From positions 76,370-140,369 of the forward strand of contig CAVSZD010000003.1 of NCBI GenBank assembly GCA_963732355.1: a DNA stretch of 64,000 bases, written 5' to 3'. Positions 20,480-31,269 of this stretch are shown here, piece by piece. This stretch comes from an uncultured Actinomycetota bacterium. GTDB lineage: Bacteria; Actinomycetota; Actinomycetes; S36-B12; UBA10799. The notes beneath the pieces are model-generated. The model worked only from the letters and a program-made list of their open reading frames with translations, was not told where the DNA came from and ran no database searches. Numbering within the stretch: the stretch's first letter is position 1; every line of letters begins with the position of its first letter. Made by a program: the position numbers and the translations under genes.

Positions 20480-22438
20480 GTGCCCGTGTCCCTTGATGTG
20501 ACCGTGTCCGGTGAGCAACGATCGGTGCCTGAGGGGACCCACGCGGGCGAACTGTTCGACGGCGACCGTGCCGTGCTAGTGGCCAAGGTCAACGGGGAGC
20601 TCAAGGACCTGGACTACGCGCTGCGACCCGGTGACGAAGTGCAGCCGGTCTCGGTGGACGACCCGGAGGGTCTGGCGGTCCTGCGTCATTCCACAGCACA
20701 CGTGATGGCCCAGGCTGTCCAGGACCTGTTCCCCGACGCCAAACTCGGGATCGGGCCCCCTGTCAAGGACGGGTTCTACTACGACTTCAGCGTGCCTGTG
20801 CCCTTCCACCCCGACGACCTGGTCCGCATCGAGAAGCGGATGGTCGAGATCCTGAAGAGCGGGCAGAGCTTCCACCGCCGGGTGGTCACCGACGCCGAAG
20901 CCCACAGAGAGTTGGCCGGGGAGCCCTTCAAGATCGAACTGATCGGCAAGAAGGGCGGCAACAGTGACGAGATCATGGAGACCGGTGGCTCTGAGCTGAC
21001 GGTCTACGACAACGTGAACCGCAAGGGCGAGGTGTGCTGGTCGGATCTGTGCCGGGGTCCGCATGTGCCGAATACCCGCTACATCCCGCCGAACGCTGTG
21101 AAACTGATGCGCACAGCTGCGGTGTACTGGCTCTCCGACGAGCACAACCCCCAATTGCAGCGGATCTATGGGACCGCCTGGCCTTCGAAGGACGGCCTCA
21201 AGGGGTATCTCACCTTCCTGGAGGAGGCAGCCCGCCGCGACCACCGCAAGCTCGGCAACGAACTCGACCTGTTCTCGTTCCCTGAGGAGATCGGCTCGGG
21301 GTTGGCGGTGTTCCATCCCAAGGGCGGGATCGTGCGCAACGTCATGGAGGACTATTCCCGCACCCGTCACATCGACGCCGGGTACCAGTTCGTGAATACC
21401 CCGCACGTGACCAAGGCGGCTTTGTTCGAGAAGTCCGGGCACCTCGACTGGTACGCCGAAGGTATGTACCCGCCGATGGACATGGACAACGCGCAGTACT
21501 ACCTCAAGCCGATGAACTGCCCGATGCACAACCTGATCTACGGTGCCCGCGGTCGCTCCTACCGGGAGTTGCCGCTGCGGCTGTTCGAGTTCGGGACGGT
21601 TTACCGCTACGAGAAGTCAGGAGTGGTCCAGGGCTTGACCCGGGCGCGGGGTTTCACCCAGGACGACGCTCACATCTACTGCACCAGCGAACAGATGCCC
21701 GCTGAGCTCGACAGTCTGCTCACGTTCGTGCTGGACCTGCTCAAGGACTACGGTCTCACTGACTTCTACCTCGAACTGTCCACCCGGGATCCGGAGAAGA
21801 GTATCGGGGCCGACCAGGAGTGGGAGCAGGCCACGCAGATCCTCTTCGAGGCGGCCAGTCGACAGAACCTGGAACTGGTGATGGACGAGGGCGGCGCCGC
21901 CTTCTACGGGCCGAAGATCTCGGTTCAGGCCAAGGATGCAATCGGGCGGACCTGGCAGATGTCCACGATCCAGGTGGACTTCCAGTTGCCGCAGCGCTTC
22001 GATCTGGAATACCAGGGTCCGGACGGCACCCGGGAGCGACCCATCATGATCCACCGTGCCCTGTTCGGCTCCATAGAACGGTTCTTCGCGGTGCTTCTGG
22101 AGCACTACGCCGGCGCCTTCCCTCCGTGGCTGGCGCCCGTGACCGTGGTGGGGATCCCGGTCGCGGATCAGCATGCGGAGTACCTTGAGCAGGCCGTGGC
22201 GAAGCTGAGGGCAGCCGGGGTGCGTGCCGAGGTCGACACGAGCGCGGACCGCATGCCCAAGAAGATCCGCAACGCACAGAAGCAGAAGGTGCCGTTCATG
22301 TGGATCGCGGGCGATGAGGATATCGCCGCCGGTGCGGTGAGTTTCCGCTACCGCGACGGGCAACAGCGAAACGGGATTCCACTGGACGAGGCCATCGCCG
22401 AGGTGGTCAGCGCCGTCGAAGACAAGCGGCAGGTCTGA
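20480..22438 (+). CDS. thrS: threonine--tRNA ligase
   Basis: 652 aa. TGS-like N-terminus, [12 protein letters not shown] editing domain, class II core (FRYE...[14 protein letters not shown]), anticodon-binding C-terminus. Confidence 0.95.
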   Translation: MPVSLDVTVSGEQRSVPEGTHAGELFDGDRAVLVAKVNGELKDLDYALRPGDEVQPVSVDDPEGLAVLRHSTAHVMAQAVQDLFPDAKLGIGPPVKDGFYYDFSVPVPFHPDDLVRIEKRMVEILKSGQSFHRRVVTDAEAHRELAGEPFKIELIGKKGGNSDEIMETGGSELTVYDNVNRKGEVCWSDLCRGPHVPNTRYIPPNAVKLMRTAAVYWLSDEHNPQLQRIYGTAWPSKDGLKGYLTFLEEAARRDHRKLGNELDLFSFPEEIGSGLAVFHPKGGIVRNVMEDYSRTRHIDAGYQFVNTPHVTKAALFEKSGHLDWYAEGMYPPMDMDNAQYYLKPMNCPMHNLIYGARGRSYRELPLRLFEFGTVYRYEKSGVVQGLTRARGFTQDDAHIYCTSEQMPAELDSLLTFVLDLLKDYGLTDFYLELSTRDPEKSIGADQEWEQATQILFEAASRQNLELVMDEGGAAFYGPKISVQAKDAIGRTWQMSTIQVDFQLPQRFDLEYQGPDGTRERPIMIHRALFGSIERFFAVLLEHYAGAFPPWLAPVTVVGIPVADQHAEYLEQAVAKLRAAGVRAEVDTSADRMPKKIRNAQKQKVPFMWIAGDEDIAAGAVSFRYRDGQQRNGIPLDEAIAEVVSAVEDKRQV

Positions 22439-22956
22439 TGGCCGGCGCCTCTGCGTGGGACAGGCTGTGGACCCCTCACCGGATCGCCTACATCAAGGGT
22501 GAGAACCGGCCCGACCACACAGACGCCGGCGATGACTGCCCCTTCTGCCGGGTGCCAGGTCTGGACGACGGGCCGGCACTGATCATCACCCGCGGCACCT
22601 TGGCGTACGTGGTGCTGAACCTCTACCCGTACAACCCGGGACACATGCTCGTTTGTCCGTACCGGCACATCCCCGACTTCACGCAGTTGACAGCGCAGGA
22701 GACCGAGGAGTTCTCCAGGCTCACCCAGCAGGCGATGACGACGATGCGTTCCGTGGCTGGTCCGCAGGGCTTCAACATCGGGATGAACCAGGGTTCGATC
22801 GGGGGCGCGGGCATCGCGGGGCATCTGCATCAGCACGTCGTGCCGCGCTGGGGTGGGGACACGAACTTCATCACCGTCGTGGGTGGCACGAAAACGATGC
22901 CGGCCCTGCTTGAGGAGACCAGGCAACTGCTGGCTGACGCCTGGCCGCGGAATTGA
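22438..22956 (+). CDS. HIT-family protein (Ap4A phosphorylase-like)
   Basis: 172 aa. Histidine triad GHLHQHVVPRW. Start overlaps the thrS stop. Confidence 0.85.
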   Translation: MAGASAWDRLWTPHRIAYIKGENRPDHTDAGDDCPFCRVPGLDDGPALIITRGTLAYVVLNLYPYNPGHMLVCPYRHIPDFTQLTAQETEEFSRLTQQAMTTMRSVAGPQGFNIGMNQGSIGGAGIAGHLHQHVVPRWGGDTNFITVVGGTKTMPALLEETRQLLADAWPRN

Positions 22957-22961
22957 GCGCT

Positions 22962-23894
22962 TCAGTCGCCCAGCAGCAGGGCGCCTGGAACCGGTGGAGG
23001 TTGCATCTGCGCTGACGCGATGGCCCCGGCCGGCAGCTGGGACATCAGTTGTGGCGCCAGTAGATCGGCCAGCGTCTCCACCTGCGCCCTGCCGGTCGTC
23101 GTGCCGGTCAGCACCATTACCGGGCCCAGCCGCACTCCCTCCGGGCCCGCCGCCAGCAGGACCGCGTCCGAACCGTCGCCGGGAAGGACCGTCGTCGCCG
23201 CTGGCCCGGAGCGGTCGGGCAAATGGACGGCCAGCCACCCGACACCTGCGCCGCTGCGCACATCCACGCTCGCTGCCACGGCCATCGCCCCTTCGGCCAC
23301 GGCCTCCTGCGGGGTACATCCGATGGCGTCCGCCTCATCGAACAAGGAGTTCGACTCCATACCCACGGCATCGGTGAAGTCATCGCGGGGCGCTTGGGTG
23401 GAACCATCGGGGAAGACCTGCTCGCCGGTGATGGCATCGAGGACACCGACCACGGCTTCGTCATCGTCCAGCAGGGGGAATGTCGCCGGGAGCACGTCTT
23501 CTTCGAGTACCCGGCCGGCGATGGCGGCAGCCTCGTTGATGTCCAGGGCCGCCGGTGTGAGGTCGTGGACCGCGACCAGTCGTGCCTTGCCCGCTTCGGC
23601 CAGCAGTTGCCAGTACTCCAGGAACGTGCCGTCCATTCCGGTCTTGGCGCTGACCACGTGGATCCCGGCGTCCGCGGCCGAGCAGATCGCCTGCGCCGCC
23701 GATGGGCCGAGATCGGCCGGCATGGCCACAGCCGCCACACCCGAGTCGCGCAGTCGCAGCGTCAGCCACCGGACCGCGGCGCCGTCAAGACCGAAGACCA
23801 GAGCGACGGTTGGCGTGCCGGAACCAGAAGTAGTCACGGGCTGACTAATAGCATGAGTCGGTAGCCCGTCGCCGCCCCGGAGGTAATAGCGCAT
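22962..23894 (-). CDS. acidic hypothetical protein, possibly a degenerate translational-GTPase-like fold without a P-loop
   Basis: The ORF is long (to 24278) but upstream of about 23894 it is antisense to pgsA1. Candidate starts are ATG 23894 or GTG 23837. Weak EF-G/EF-Tu-like patterning (VAVHDL...DINEAAAIAGRVLEE..., then a beta-rich part). No Walker A seen. Confidence 0.3.
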   Translation of the reverse strand: MRYYLRGGDGLPTHAISQPVTTSGSGTPTVALVFGLDGAAVRWLTLRLRDSGVAAVAMPADLGPSAAQAICSAADAGIHVVSAKTGMDGTFLEYWQLLAEAGKARLVAVHDLTPAALDINEAAAIAGRVLEEDVLPATFPLLDDDEAVVGVLDAITGEQVFPDGSTQAPRDDFTDAVGMESNSLFDEADAIGCTPQEAVAEGAMAVAASVDVRSGAGVGWLAVHLPDRSGPAATTVLPGDGSDAVLLAAGPEGVRLGPVMVLTGTTTGRAQVETLADLLAPQLMSQLPAGAIASAQMQPPPVPGALLLGD

Positions 23895-24495
23895 GCTGAA
23901 CCAGACCAATGCGCGCTCTGCCGTGGCACGAGTCGTCGACCCTGTGGCCAGGGGATTGCTCAAGATCGGGCTCTCGCCGGATGCCGTCACCATCATCGGG
24001 ACGGCCGGAGTAAGCGTGGCCGCCGCCTTCTTCTTCCCGGACGGACGATTTGTGCCGGGGATCCTCATCATCGTTCTATTCGTCTTCTCAGACATGCTGG
24101 ACGGCACCATGGCCAGGTTGCAGGGCCGCACCGGTGTGTGGGGCGCATTCCTGGACTCGACGCTGGACCGGGTCGCTGATGGTGTGATCTTCGGATCGGT
24201 GCTGATCTGGGCGGTGCGGTCGCAGTCGGTGTGGGTGCAGGCCGCCGCCTTCGTGTGCCTGGTGGGTGGTTTTGTCATCTCCTACGCCCGGGCCCGCGCC
24301 GAGAGTGTCGGCCTTGACTGCAAGGTGGGGATCGCCGAGCGCACCGAGCGCTTGCTCATCCTGCTGATACCGGCCTTCATCTACGGCCTCGGTGTTCCGT
24401 ACGTGCTCCCGGCCGCGCTGCTCGTGCTTGCAGTGCTCGTGGTCGTGACGGTGCTGCAAAGGTTCATCCACGTATACCGGCAGGCGAACGCATGA
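23893..24495 (+). CDS. pgsA1: CDP-alcohol phosphatidyltransferase, phosphatidylinositol(-phosphate) synthase type
   Basis: DMLDGTMARLQGRTGVWGAFLDSTLDRVAD motif. Followed by the PIM acyltransferase and pimA, as in mycobacteria. Confidence 0.8.
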   Translation: MLNQTNARSAVARVVDPVARGLLKIGLSPDAVTIIGTAGVSVAAAFFFPDGRFVPGILIIVLFVFSDMLDGTMARLQGRTGVWGAFLDSTLDRVADGVIFGSVLIWAVRSQSVWVQAAAFVCLVGGFVISYARARAESVGLDCKVGIAERTERLLILLIPAFIYGLGVPYVLPAALLVLAVLVVVTVLQRFIHVYRQANA

Positions 24496-25421
24496 ACATT
24501 CAGGACGAAGTCACCTACTGGGCCTACTCCACCGGTTGGCGGGTCGTGAGGGCACTGCCCGAACGCGCTGCCTACGGTCTGTTCTCGCAGGTGGGTGACC
24601 AGCTCTGGCGCCAGCGGGGCAAGGGCATCAAGCAGTTGGAGAAGAACCTGCGCCGGGTGCTTCCGGACGCATCCGAGTCAGAACTGCGTGAGGTCTCGCA
24701 CGACGGAATGCGCTCCTACATGCGCTATTGGTGTGATGCGTTCCGGATGCCGTCCTGGAGCCCGGAGGAAATCACTCACCGGCATCGTGCGGTCAACGAC
24801 CACTACCTGGCCGAGGCGCTCGACGGCGGCAAAGGGGTGGTGTTCGCGGTGCCCCACGCCGGCAACTACGACCTCACTGGCGCGTGGGCGAGTATTCACT
24901 TCGCGCAGGTCATCAGCGTCGCAGAACGGTTGAAGCCCGAGCGGCTGTACGAGGAGTTCCTGGACTACCGGCGCAGTGTGGGCATGAAGATTCTCCCTCA
25001 CGCCGGAGCCGAGGGGATCTTCGACCAGCTCGTGGACCTCGTATCGGACAACGGTCTGTTGGCGCTACTGGCCGACCGCGACCTGAGCCGCCACGGCGTG
25101 CAGGTGGAGTTCTTCGGGGAGACCGCGAAAATGCCCATCGGGCCGGCGGCCATTGCGATGATCACCGGCGCGCCGCTGCTGGCCACCGGCCTGTACTACA
25201 CCGGCCCTCGGGCGCATGTGCACGTATTCCCGCCGGTGGAACGGCCCGCCGGGGACTGGGTCGGTGCCGACCGGTTCGACGAGGACTTCATCGAGGCGGC
25301 GCAGGTGTTCACGCAGTCGATGGCAGTCAGGCTGCAGGAGGGCATCACCGACCACCCGCAGGACTGGCACATGCTCCAGCCGGTGTTCCTCGCGGATCTG
25401 GACCCCCGGCGCGCCACGTGA
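24492..25421 (+). CDS. patA: phosphatidylinositol mannoside acyltransferase (lauroyl/HtrB-type acyltransferase)
   Basis: 309 aa. PHAGNYD (HX4D) acyltransferase motif. Conserved position between pgsA1 and pimA. Confidence 0.75.
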   Translation: MNIQDEVTYWAYSTGWRVVRALPERAAYGLFSQVGDQLWRQRGKGIKQLEKNLRRVLPDASESELREVSHDGMRSYMRYWCDAFRMPSWSPEEITHRHRAVNDHYLAEALDGGKGVVFAVPHAGNYDLTGAWASIHFAQVISVAERLKPERLYEEFLDYRRSVGMKILPHAGAEGIFDQLVDLVSDNGLLALLADRDLSRHGVQVEFFGETAKMPIGPAAIAMITGAPLLATGLYYTGPRAHVHVFPPVERPAGDWVGADRFDEDFIEAAQVFTQSMAVRLQEGITDHPQDWHMLQPVFLADLDPRRAT

Positions 25422-26593
25422 AGATCGGAATCGTCTGCCCGTACGACTGGACCTCCCCGGGGGGTGTGAAGGCACACGTGCACGACCAGGCATTGACCTT
25501 GCAGCGTTTCGGTCATGAGGTGAGCGTGCTGGCCCCGGTCGACGATGATGAGTACCCGCTCGAAGATTTCGTGGTCGACGGCGGCAAGCCCGTGTCAGTG
25601 CCCTACAACGGATCGGTGGCCAAGGTCAACTTCGGCCCCGTGTCGGCGGCCCGGGTCCGCCGCTGGATCAAGGACGGGGAATTCGACGTACTGCACGTCC
25701 ACGAGCCGGCGTCCCCGACACTGAGCGTTCTGGCGTGCTGGGCGGCCAGGGGACCGATCGTTGCGACATGGCACAGTTCGCAGACCCGGTCCCGGGCTCT
25801 GTCCGCGGCGTACTACCTGGTGCAGACCGCAATGGAGAAGATCTCGGCACGGATCGCGGTCAGCGAGGCCGCGCGACAAACGTTGGTGAAGCACTTGGGC
25901 GGTGATGCGGTGCTGATCCCCAACGGGGTCACCTGCGCTGACTTCGAAGGCGCCGAGCCGCTGCCCGGGTACCCGCGCACAGGTCCGACGATCTTCTTCA
26001 TCGGCCGTATCGACGAACCGCGCAAGGGTCTGCACGTGCTGTTGGAGGCGTTGCCGGCGATTGTGGCCGCGCATCCCGGCGTTGAGGTCCTGGTGGCCGG
26101 TCCCGGGGACCAGGAGGAGGCGACCGAAGGGTTGACCGAGGACCTGCTCGGCCGGGTGCGTTTCCTGGGTCTGGTCAGCGACGCTGAGAAGGTCAGCGCG
26201 TTCGCCAGCGCGGACTTGTACGTGGCCCCGAACACAGGTGGTGAGAGCTTCGGGATCGTCCTGCTGGAGGCCATGGCCGCGGGCACCCCGGTGGTGGCAA
26301 GCAACCTCGAGGCCTTCGCGAGGGTGCTCGAAGATGGCCGGGCGGGCCAGATGTTCCTCAGCGAGGACTCTCAAGATCTGGCCCGAACGGTCAATGCGCT
26401 GTTGTCGGACCCGGGTCGTCGCGAGGAGTTGCGTCGATGCGGGCATGCCCGTGCCCGGCAGTTCGACTGGGACGTGGTGGCCAGGGAGATCGAAGGGGTC
26501 TACGAGAGTGTGACCACCACTGGCGAGCGGGTCGAGAACGATATGCGCGGCCAGTTCGTCGGCCGCCTGGCGCGGCCCCGGGACGATCTCTGA
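25418..26593 (+). CDS. pimA: GT4 glycosyltransferase, phosphatidylinositol alpha-mannosyltransferase
   Basis: GTG at 25418 overlaps the patA stop (GTGA). VKIGIVCPYDWTSPGGV N-terminus and ESFGIVLLEAMAAGTPVV EX7E region. The 24884 ORF start is an out-of-context extension over patA. Confidence 0.8.
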   Translation: MKIGIVCPYDWTSPGGVKAHVHDQALTLQRFGHEVSVLAPVDDDEYPLEDFVVDGGKPVSVPYNGSVAKVNFGPVSAARVRRWIKDGEFDVLHVHEPASPTLSVLACWAARGPIVATWHSSQTRSRALSAAYYLVQTAMEKISARIAVSEAARQTLVKHLGGDAVLIPNGVTCADFEGAEPLPGYPRTGPTIFFIGRIDEPRKGLHVLLEALPAIVAAHPGVEVLVAGPGDQEEATEGLTEDLLGRVRFLGLVSDAEKVSAFASADLYVAPNTGGESFGIVLLEAMAAGTPVVASNLEAFARVLEDGRAGQMFLSEDSQDLARTVNALLSDPGRREELRRCGHARARQFDWDVVAREIEGVYESVTTTGERVENDMRGQFVGRLARPRDDL

Positions 26594-27153
26594 TGGACAT
26601 CACCGTCGTCCTGCTTGTGCTGCTGCTGGTGGCGTTGGTCGTGCTGTACCTCTCGCAGACCGCAGCCCGCCTTGACCGTCTGCACCACCGGGTGGATGTC
26701 TCCCGGCAGGCGCTTCAGGGTCAGTTCACCGACCGGGCCAACGAGGTGCTGTCGCTGGCAAGTTCGGGCCGTCTCGATCCTGCCAGCAGCGTCTTGCTGG
26801 CCGATGCTGCGGACTCCGCTCTGGCCAGTTCGCGGGCGACCGGAACGGATTTCGATCTCGCTCGCTGTGCGGCCGAAAGTGCCCTGACCAGTGCTGTGGA
26901 GGCCGCCCTGGGCAATCCCGAGGTGACCGCCGACCTCGTCGCACAACCCGACGGTGAGCACACCCTGGCCGATGTCGCGGCCGCTGTGCAGAAGGCTGCA
27001 TGGTCGCGTCGCTTCCACAACGATGCCGTGCGGTCATGCCTGGCGGTGCGCAAACAGCGCACGGTTCGCCTGTTCAAACTGGCCGGTTCCGCGCCCCTTC
27101 CACAGACCGTGGAACTCGACGATGAGGTCCCGCTGACCCTCCGCAGTAGGTGA
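26593..27153 (+). CDS. LemA-like membrane-anchored protein
   Basis: ATG at 26593 overlaps the pimA stop. N-terminal TM ([16 protein letters not shown]), then a helical domain with RRFHNDAVR resembling the LemA YN..V motif. Confidence 0.4.
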   Translation: MDITVVLLVLLLVALVVLYLSQTAARLDRLHHRVDVSRQALQGQFTDRANEVLSLASSGRLDPASSVLLADAADSALASSRATGTDFDLARCAAESALTSAVEAALGNPEVTADLVAQPDGEHTLADVAAAVQKAAWSRRFHNDAVRSCLAVRKQRTVRLFKLAGSAPLPQTVELDDEVPLTLRSR

Positions 27154-27203
27154 GCCTTACACCTCGCCCCTACCATTGGGTCAGACGTGAAAGGAAATCC
27201 CAA

Positions 27204-28100
27204 ATGACTGACCCCACCCACGTGACCGGCTCCGCGCGAGTCAAGCGCGGTATGGCAGAGATGCTCAAGGGCGGTGTGATCATGGACGTGGTCACCGCTG
27301 AGCAGGCCAAGATCGCCGAAGACGCCGGTGCAGTGGCCGTGATGGCCCTCGAGCGGGTACCCGCCGACATCCGTTCCCAGGGCGGCGTGGCCCGGATGAG
27401 CGACCCCGACCTGATCGACGGGATCATCGAGGCGGTATCGATTCCCGTGATGGCCAAGGCCCGGATCGGCCACTTCGTGGAGGCCCAGATCCTGCAGTCC
27501 CTGGGTGTGGACTACATCGACGAGTCGGAGGTTCTGACCCCGGCCGACTACGCCCACCACATCGACAAGTGGGGATTCACCGTTCCCTTCGTCTGCGGGG
27601 CGACGAACCTGGGTGAGGCGCTTCGCCGCATCACCGAGGGTGCTGCCATGGTCCGCAGCAAGGGTGAGGCCGGAACCGGCGATGTCTCCAACGCCACAAC
27701 CCACATGCGCACGATTCGCGATGAGATCAAGCGGCTGGCCAACCTGCCAAGCGATGAGCTGTACGTCGCCGCCAAGGAGTTGCAGGCGCCCTACGACCTC
27801 GTCGCAGAGGTCGCTCGCACGGGAGCACTGCCGGTGGTCATGTTCACCGCGGGCGGGATCGCGACTCCGGCCGACGCGGCCATGATGATGCAGCTGGGCG
27901 CCGACGGCGTCTTTGTCGGCAGCGGGATTTTCAAGTCCGGCAACCCTGCCCAGCGCGCCGCGGCCATCGTGGCGGCGACCACTCACTTCGACGACCCCGA
28001 CATCCTGGCGAAGGTCTCGCGGGGCCTCGGTGAGGCAATGGTCGGGATCAACGTGGAGGAGATCCCCGAGCCCCACCGACTGGCCGAACGCGGTTGGTGA
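27204..28100 (+). CDS. pdxS: pyridoxal 5'-phosphate synthase lyase subunit PdxS
   Basis: ATG at 27204 preceded by [27 protein letters not shown]...[20 protein letters not shown] is nearly invariant PdxS sequence. Confidence 0.95.
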   Translation: MTDPTHVTGSARVKRGMAEMLKGGVIMDVVTAEQAKIAEDAGAVAVMALERVPADIRSQGGVARMSDPDLIDGIIEAVSIPVMAKARIGHFVEAQILQSLGVDYIDESEVLTPADYAHHIDKWGFTVPFVCGATNLGEALRRITEGAAMVRSKGEAGTGDVSNATTHMRTIRDEIKRLANLPSDELYVAAKELQAPYDLVAEVARTGALPVVMFTAGGIATPADAAMMMQLGADGVFVGSGIFKSGNPAQRAAAIVAATTHFDDPDILAKVSRGLGEAMVGINVEEIPEPHRLAERGW

Positions 28101-28699
28101 CCCCGCGGATCGGCGTACTCGCCGTTCAAGGCGACTTCCGTGAGCACGCCCAGATGTTGGCCAGTTGTGCGGCGCAGCCGGTGCTCGTGCGGACACCGGC
28201 GCATCTCGATCAAGTCCAGGGGTTGATCATCCCCGGGGGCGAGTCGACGACGATCGGTATGCTCATCCGGCGCAACGACCTCGAGGCACCGCTGCGTGCT
28301 GCCATCGGTGCGGGTATGCCCGTGTTCGGCACCTGCGCGGGCATGATCCTGCTGGCCGAAGAGGTGCTTGACGGACGCAGCGATCAGTTGTCCTTGGGGG
28401 CGATCGGCATGACTGTGCGGCGCAATGCGTTCGGCCGACAGGTTGACTCGTTCGAAGCCCCGGTGGAGGTTCCCACTCTGACTGGTCCGGCGATCACCGC
28501 GGTGTTCATCCGGGCGCCCTGGGTGGAGCGGGTATCGGACGACGTTGAAGTCCTCGCCACGGTCCGTGACGACGCAGCGACCGATAGGATTGTGGCCGTG
28601 CGCCAGGGTAACGCCCTGGCGACGTCGTTCCACCCCGAGGTGACCCAGGACAGGCGGTTCCACACCCTGCTGGTGGAGATGGTTTTGGAGGATTCATGA
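28094..28699 (+). CDS. pdxT: pyridoxal 5'-phosphate synthase glutaminase subunit PdxT
   Basis: 201 aa. [23 protein letters not shown] (catalytic Cys), FHPE motif. Confidence 0.9.
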   Translation: MVTPRIGVLAVQGDFREHAQMLASCAAQPVLVRTPAHLDQVQGLIIPGGESTTIGMLIRRNDLEAPLRAAIGAGMPVFGTCAGMILLAEEVLDGRSDQLSLGAIGMTVRRNAFGRQVDSFEAPVEVPTLTGPAITAVFIRAPWVERVSDDVEVLATVRDDAATDRIVAVRQGNALATSFHPEVTQDRRFHTLLVEMVLEDS

Positions 28700-29448
28700 G
28701 CGGCCATTCAAAATGGGCCACGACCAAGCACAAGAAGGCGGCGATCGACGCCAAGCGCGGGAAACTCTTCGCGAAGTTGATCAAGAACATCGAGGTCGCT
28801 GCTCGCACTGGCGGTGCCGACCCCGACGGCAACCCCACCTTGTACGACGCGATCCAGAAAGCGCGCAAGAACTCGGTGCCCCTGGACAACATCGACAGGG
28901 CAGTCAAACGCGGGTCGGGGGCCGAGTCCGGCGGGTCGGACTGGGAGACCATCATGTACGAGGGCTACGGGCCCAACGGGGTGGCAGTGCTGGTGGAGTG
29001 CCTCACGGACAACCGCAACCGGGCTGCTGGCGAGGTGCGCGTGGCCATGAGCCGTAACGGGGCCTCCATGGCCGATCCGGGTTCGGTGTCGTACCTGTTC
29101 GCGCGCAAGGGTGTGATCCTGGTCCCCGCCGAGGGGTTGACCGAGGACGATGTCCTGACAGCCGTGCTCGACGCCGGTGCCGAGGAGGTCGCCGACCTGG
29201 GCGGGACCTTCGAGATCACCAGCGAACCCACCGACCTGGTCCCGGTTCGGTCCGCGCTGCAAGAGGCAGGGCTTGACTATGACTCAGCAGAAGTCCAGTT
29301 CGTCCCGAGCGTGACTGTTCCGCTGGACGTGGAAGGCGCCACCAAGATCTTTCGGTTGCTCGACGCACTGGAGGACAGCGATGACGTGCAGAACGTATAC
29401 GCGAACTTCGACGTGTCCGACGAGATCATGGAGCAGGCGCAAGGCTGA
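28696..29448 (+). CDS. YebC/PmpR-family DNA-binding transcriptional regulator
   Basis: [29 protein letters not shown]-terminus, 250 aa. Confidence 0.9.
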   Translation: MSGHSKWATTKHKKAAIDAKRGKLFAKLIKNIEVAARTGGADPDGNPTLYDAIQKARKNSVPLDNIDRAVKRGSGAESGGSDWETIMYEGYGPNGVAVLVECLTDNRNRAAGEVRVAMSRNGASMADPGSVSYLFARKGVILVPAEGLTEDDVLTAVLDAGAEEVADLGGTFEITSEPTDLVPVRSALQEAGLDYDSAEVQFVPSVTVPLDVEGATKIFRLLDALEDSDDVQNVYANFDVSDEIMEQAQG

Positions 29449-29530
29449 GCCCGGCAGGCCACTTCTCGCGCAAAATGCGCTCGATCGATGCGCGGCGATA
29501 GCGTAAGCCAAGGTCCACCAAGGAGGAACT

Positions 29531-31195
29531 GTGCCCGTCAACCCTGAGGAGTCCAGCAAGGCGTCGCCGGAAACGGCCAAGCCTGCTGCGAAGAAGGCCC
29601 CGAGGAAGGCTCCCGCCAAGAAGTCGGCTGCGCGCAAATCCTCGGTGGCGGTCCCGGTGGCCAAGAAGGCGCCGGCCAAGCCTGCGGCGAAGAAGGCCCC
29701 GGCTAAGAAACCAGCCAAGAAGGCAACTGCGAAGAAGACTGCCAAGAAGACCGCCCGCCAGCCCTCACCGCTTCGGGGCAAGCAAGCGATGACCGAGACC
29801 AAGCGCCTGTCGGGCTGGGACTTCGCCACCTGGCGGATGGCCACCGACGACCCGGTCATGCGTTCCACGATCATCGGATTGCTGGTACTGGAGTCCAGCC
29901 CCGACTGGGAGCGGATGAAGCAGCGCTACGAGCGGGCGACCAGGTTGGCCCCGGTGCTGCGTTCCACGGTCGTCGAAGGGCCGATCGGTTTGCAGTCCCC
30001 GCGCATCGTGGTGGATCCGAACTTCGACCTGTCCTTCCACATGCGCCGCTTCAGCATGCCCAAGGGATCGACCTGGGCAGACGTGCTCGAGGACGCGCGG
30101 CGGCAGAGCATGGCCGATTTCGACCGGGACCGTCCGCTGTGGCGTGTGACGCTGCTGGAAGGACTTCCGGGTGGCAAATCGGCGCTGATCCTCAAGCTGC
30201 ATCACGCCATCGCTGACGGCCAGGGTGCGGTGCAGTTGGGTCTTGCCCTGCTTGACTTCACCCCCGACGGGGTCGACCTCGGTCCTATGCCAAACGCGCC
30301 GGAACCCGCTGTTCTGGACACCACGGGATTCCTCGAAGCGGTGATCCGCAACAACGTGGGATGGGTCGCGCGCACAGCCCAGGACGTGATCAACGGGTTG
30401 GGGCCGTTGACCATGGCGGCCGTGAAGAACCCCGGAGAACTCATCGGCCGGGTGCGGGAGACCGCCGGCTCGGTGGCCCGCTTCACCCGCATCCCGTTCG
30501 GTCCGCTCTCGCCGATCATGCAGCAGCGCAGCATCAACTACCACTTCGACACCATCGATATGGACTTTGCGGCATACAAGGCCGCTGCCAAGCGTCGTGA
30601 GCGAAGTGTCAACGACCTGTTCCTCGCGGCCATCAGCGTCGGGATGAACCGCTACCACGAGCGCATGGGCCGACCCGTGGATGAGTTGCGCATGAACATG
30701 CCGATCTCCCTGCGGACCTCCGGGGACGACGAAGGCAACGCTGTGACCATCGCACGATTCGAGATTCCGGTCTCGAACGCGATCGACGATGTCCTGGAAA
30801 GCGCGGCTGAGACCGTGCGCAACTGGCGCGCAGAGCCGGTCCTCAAACTTGCCGACAATCTCGCCGAACTCTCCCGCTTCCTGCCCCCGGAACTGCTCTC
30901 GGCAGCAGCGCAGACCTCGGACTTGACCGCCTCCAATGTTCCTGGTCCGCCGATCCCGGTCTGGCTGGCAGGCTCCAAGGTCGAGCGCATGTACCCCCTC
31001 GTGGGCACTATCGGTGCTGCGATCAACGTCACGATGCTCACGTACAACGGGATCGCCAGCGTGGGTGTCAGCACCGACGACGCTGCGGTGGACGACCGTG
31101 ACGAGCTGATCCGAAGCCTGCGGCACGGGTTCCGCGAGGTGATCGGGACGCCGGTGCTGGCCGGTAACCCTCTGACGATCCGCAAACCCGGCTGA
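29531..31195 (+). CDS. WS/DGAT acyltransferase with N-terminal Lys/Ala/Pro-rich (PAKKA-repeat) extension
   Basis: 554 aa. GTG start after AAGGAGG. HHAIADG motif. Residues about 16-76 are AKKAPAKK-type repeats. Confidence 0.8.
   Translation: MPVNPEESSKASPETAKPAAKKAPRKAPAKKSAARKSSVAVPVAKKAPAKPAAKKAPAKKPAKKATAKKTAKKTARQPSPLRGKQAMTETKRLSGWDFATWRMATDDPVMRSTIIGLLVLESSPDWERMKQRYERATRLAPVLRSTVVEGPIGLQSPRIVVDPNFDLSFHMRRFSMPKGSTWADVLEDARRQSMADFDRDRPLWRVTLLEGLPGGKSALILKLHHAIADGQGAVQLGLALLDFTPDGVDLGPMPNAPEPAVLDTTGFLEAVIRNNVGWVARTAQDVINGLGPLTMAAVKNPGELIGRVRETAGSVARFTRIPFGPLSPIMQQRSINYHFDTIDMDFAAYKAAAKRRERSVNDLFLAAISVGMNRYHERMGRPVDELRMNMPISLRTSGDDEGNAVTIARFEIPVSNAIDDVLESAAETVRNWRAEPVLKLADNLAELSRFLPPELLSAAAQTSDLTASNVPGPPIPVWLAGSKVERMYPLVGTIGAAINVTMLTYNGIASVGVSTDDAAVDDRDELIRSLRHGFREVIGTPVLAGNPLTIRKPG
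29576..29758 (+). repeat. in-frame low-complexity repeat encoding (P)AKKA units
   Basis: Reiterated GCC/AAG/AAG/GCN codon strings. The antisense strand gives the spurious FLAGAFFAAGLAG ORF. Confidence 0.7.
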
Positions 31196-31240
31196 TTCGC
31201 GTGTCGGGCACCCCCGGGCTCGAGTAGCGGGGTAGGCTTA

Positions 31241-31256
31241 CCGAACAGTTGTACGA
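31241..31256 (+). promoter_or_regulatory. putative LexA (SOS) box upstream of ruvC
   Basis: cCGAACagttGTaCGA compared with the actinobacterial consensus TCGAAC-N4-GTTCGA (from memory). It lies 14 nt upstream of the ruvC ATG. ruvCAB is SOS-regulated in mycobacteria. Confidence 0.45.
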
Positions 31257-31269
31257 TCTCGGAGGCCTG

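Noticed and set aside
24884-26593. 569-aa + strand ORF implying a much longer PimA
   Set aside because: The first roughly 178 codons overlap patA out of frame and look like Arg/Gly/Pro junk. A GTG at 25418 overlapping the patA stop gives a normal-length GT4 enzyme starting VKIGIVCPYD.
26721-28196. 491-aa ORF on the - strand
   Set aside because: It lies antisense to the near-invariant pdxS and to the LemA-like gene. Shadow ORF.
29284-29874. 196-aa - strand ORF with FLAGAFFAAGLAG repeats
   Set aside because: It is the reverse complement of the PAKKA codon repeat of the WS/DGAT gene. It is a mirror artefact of a repeat.
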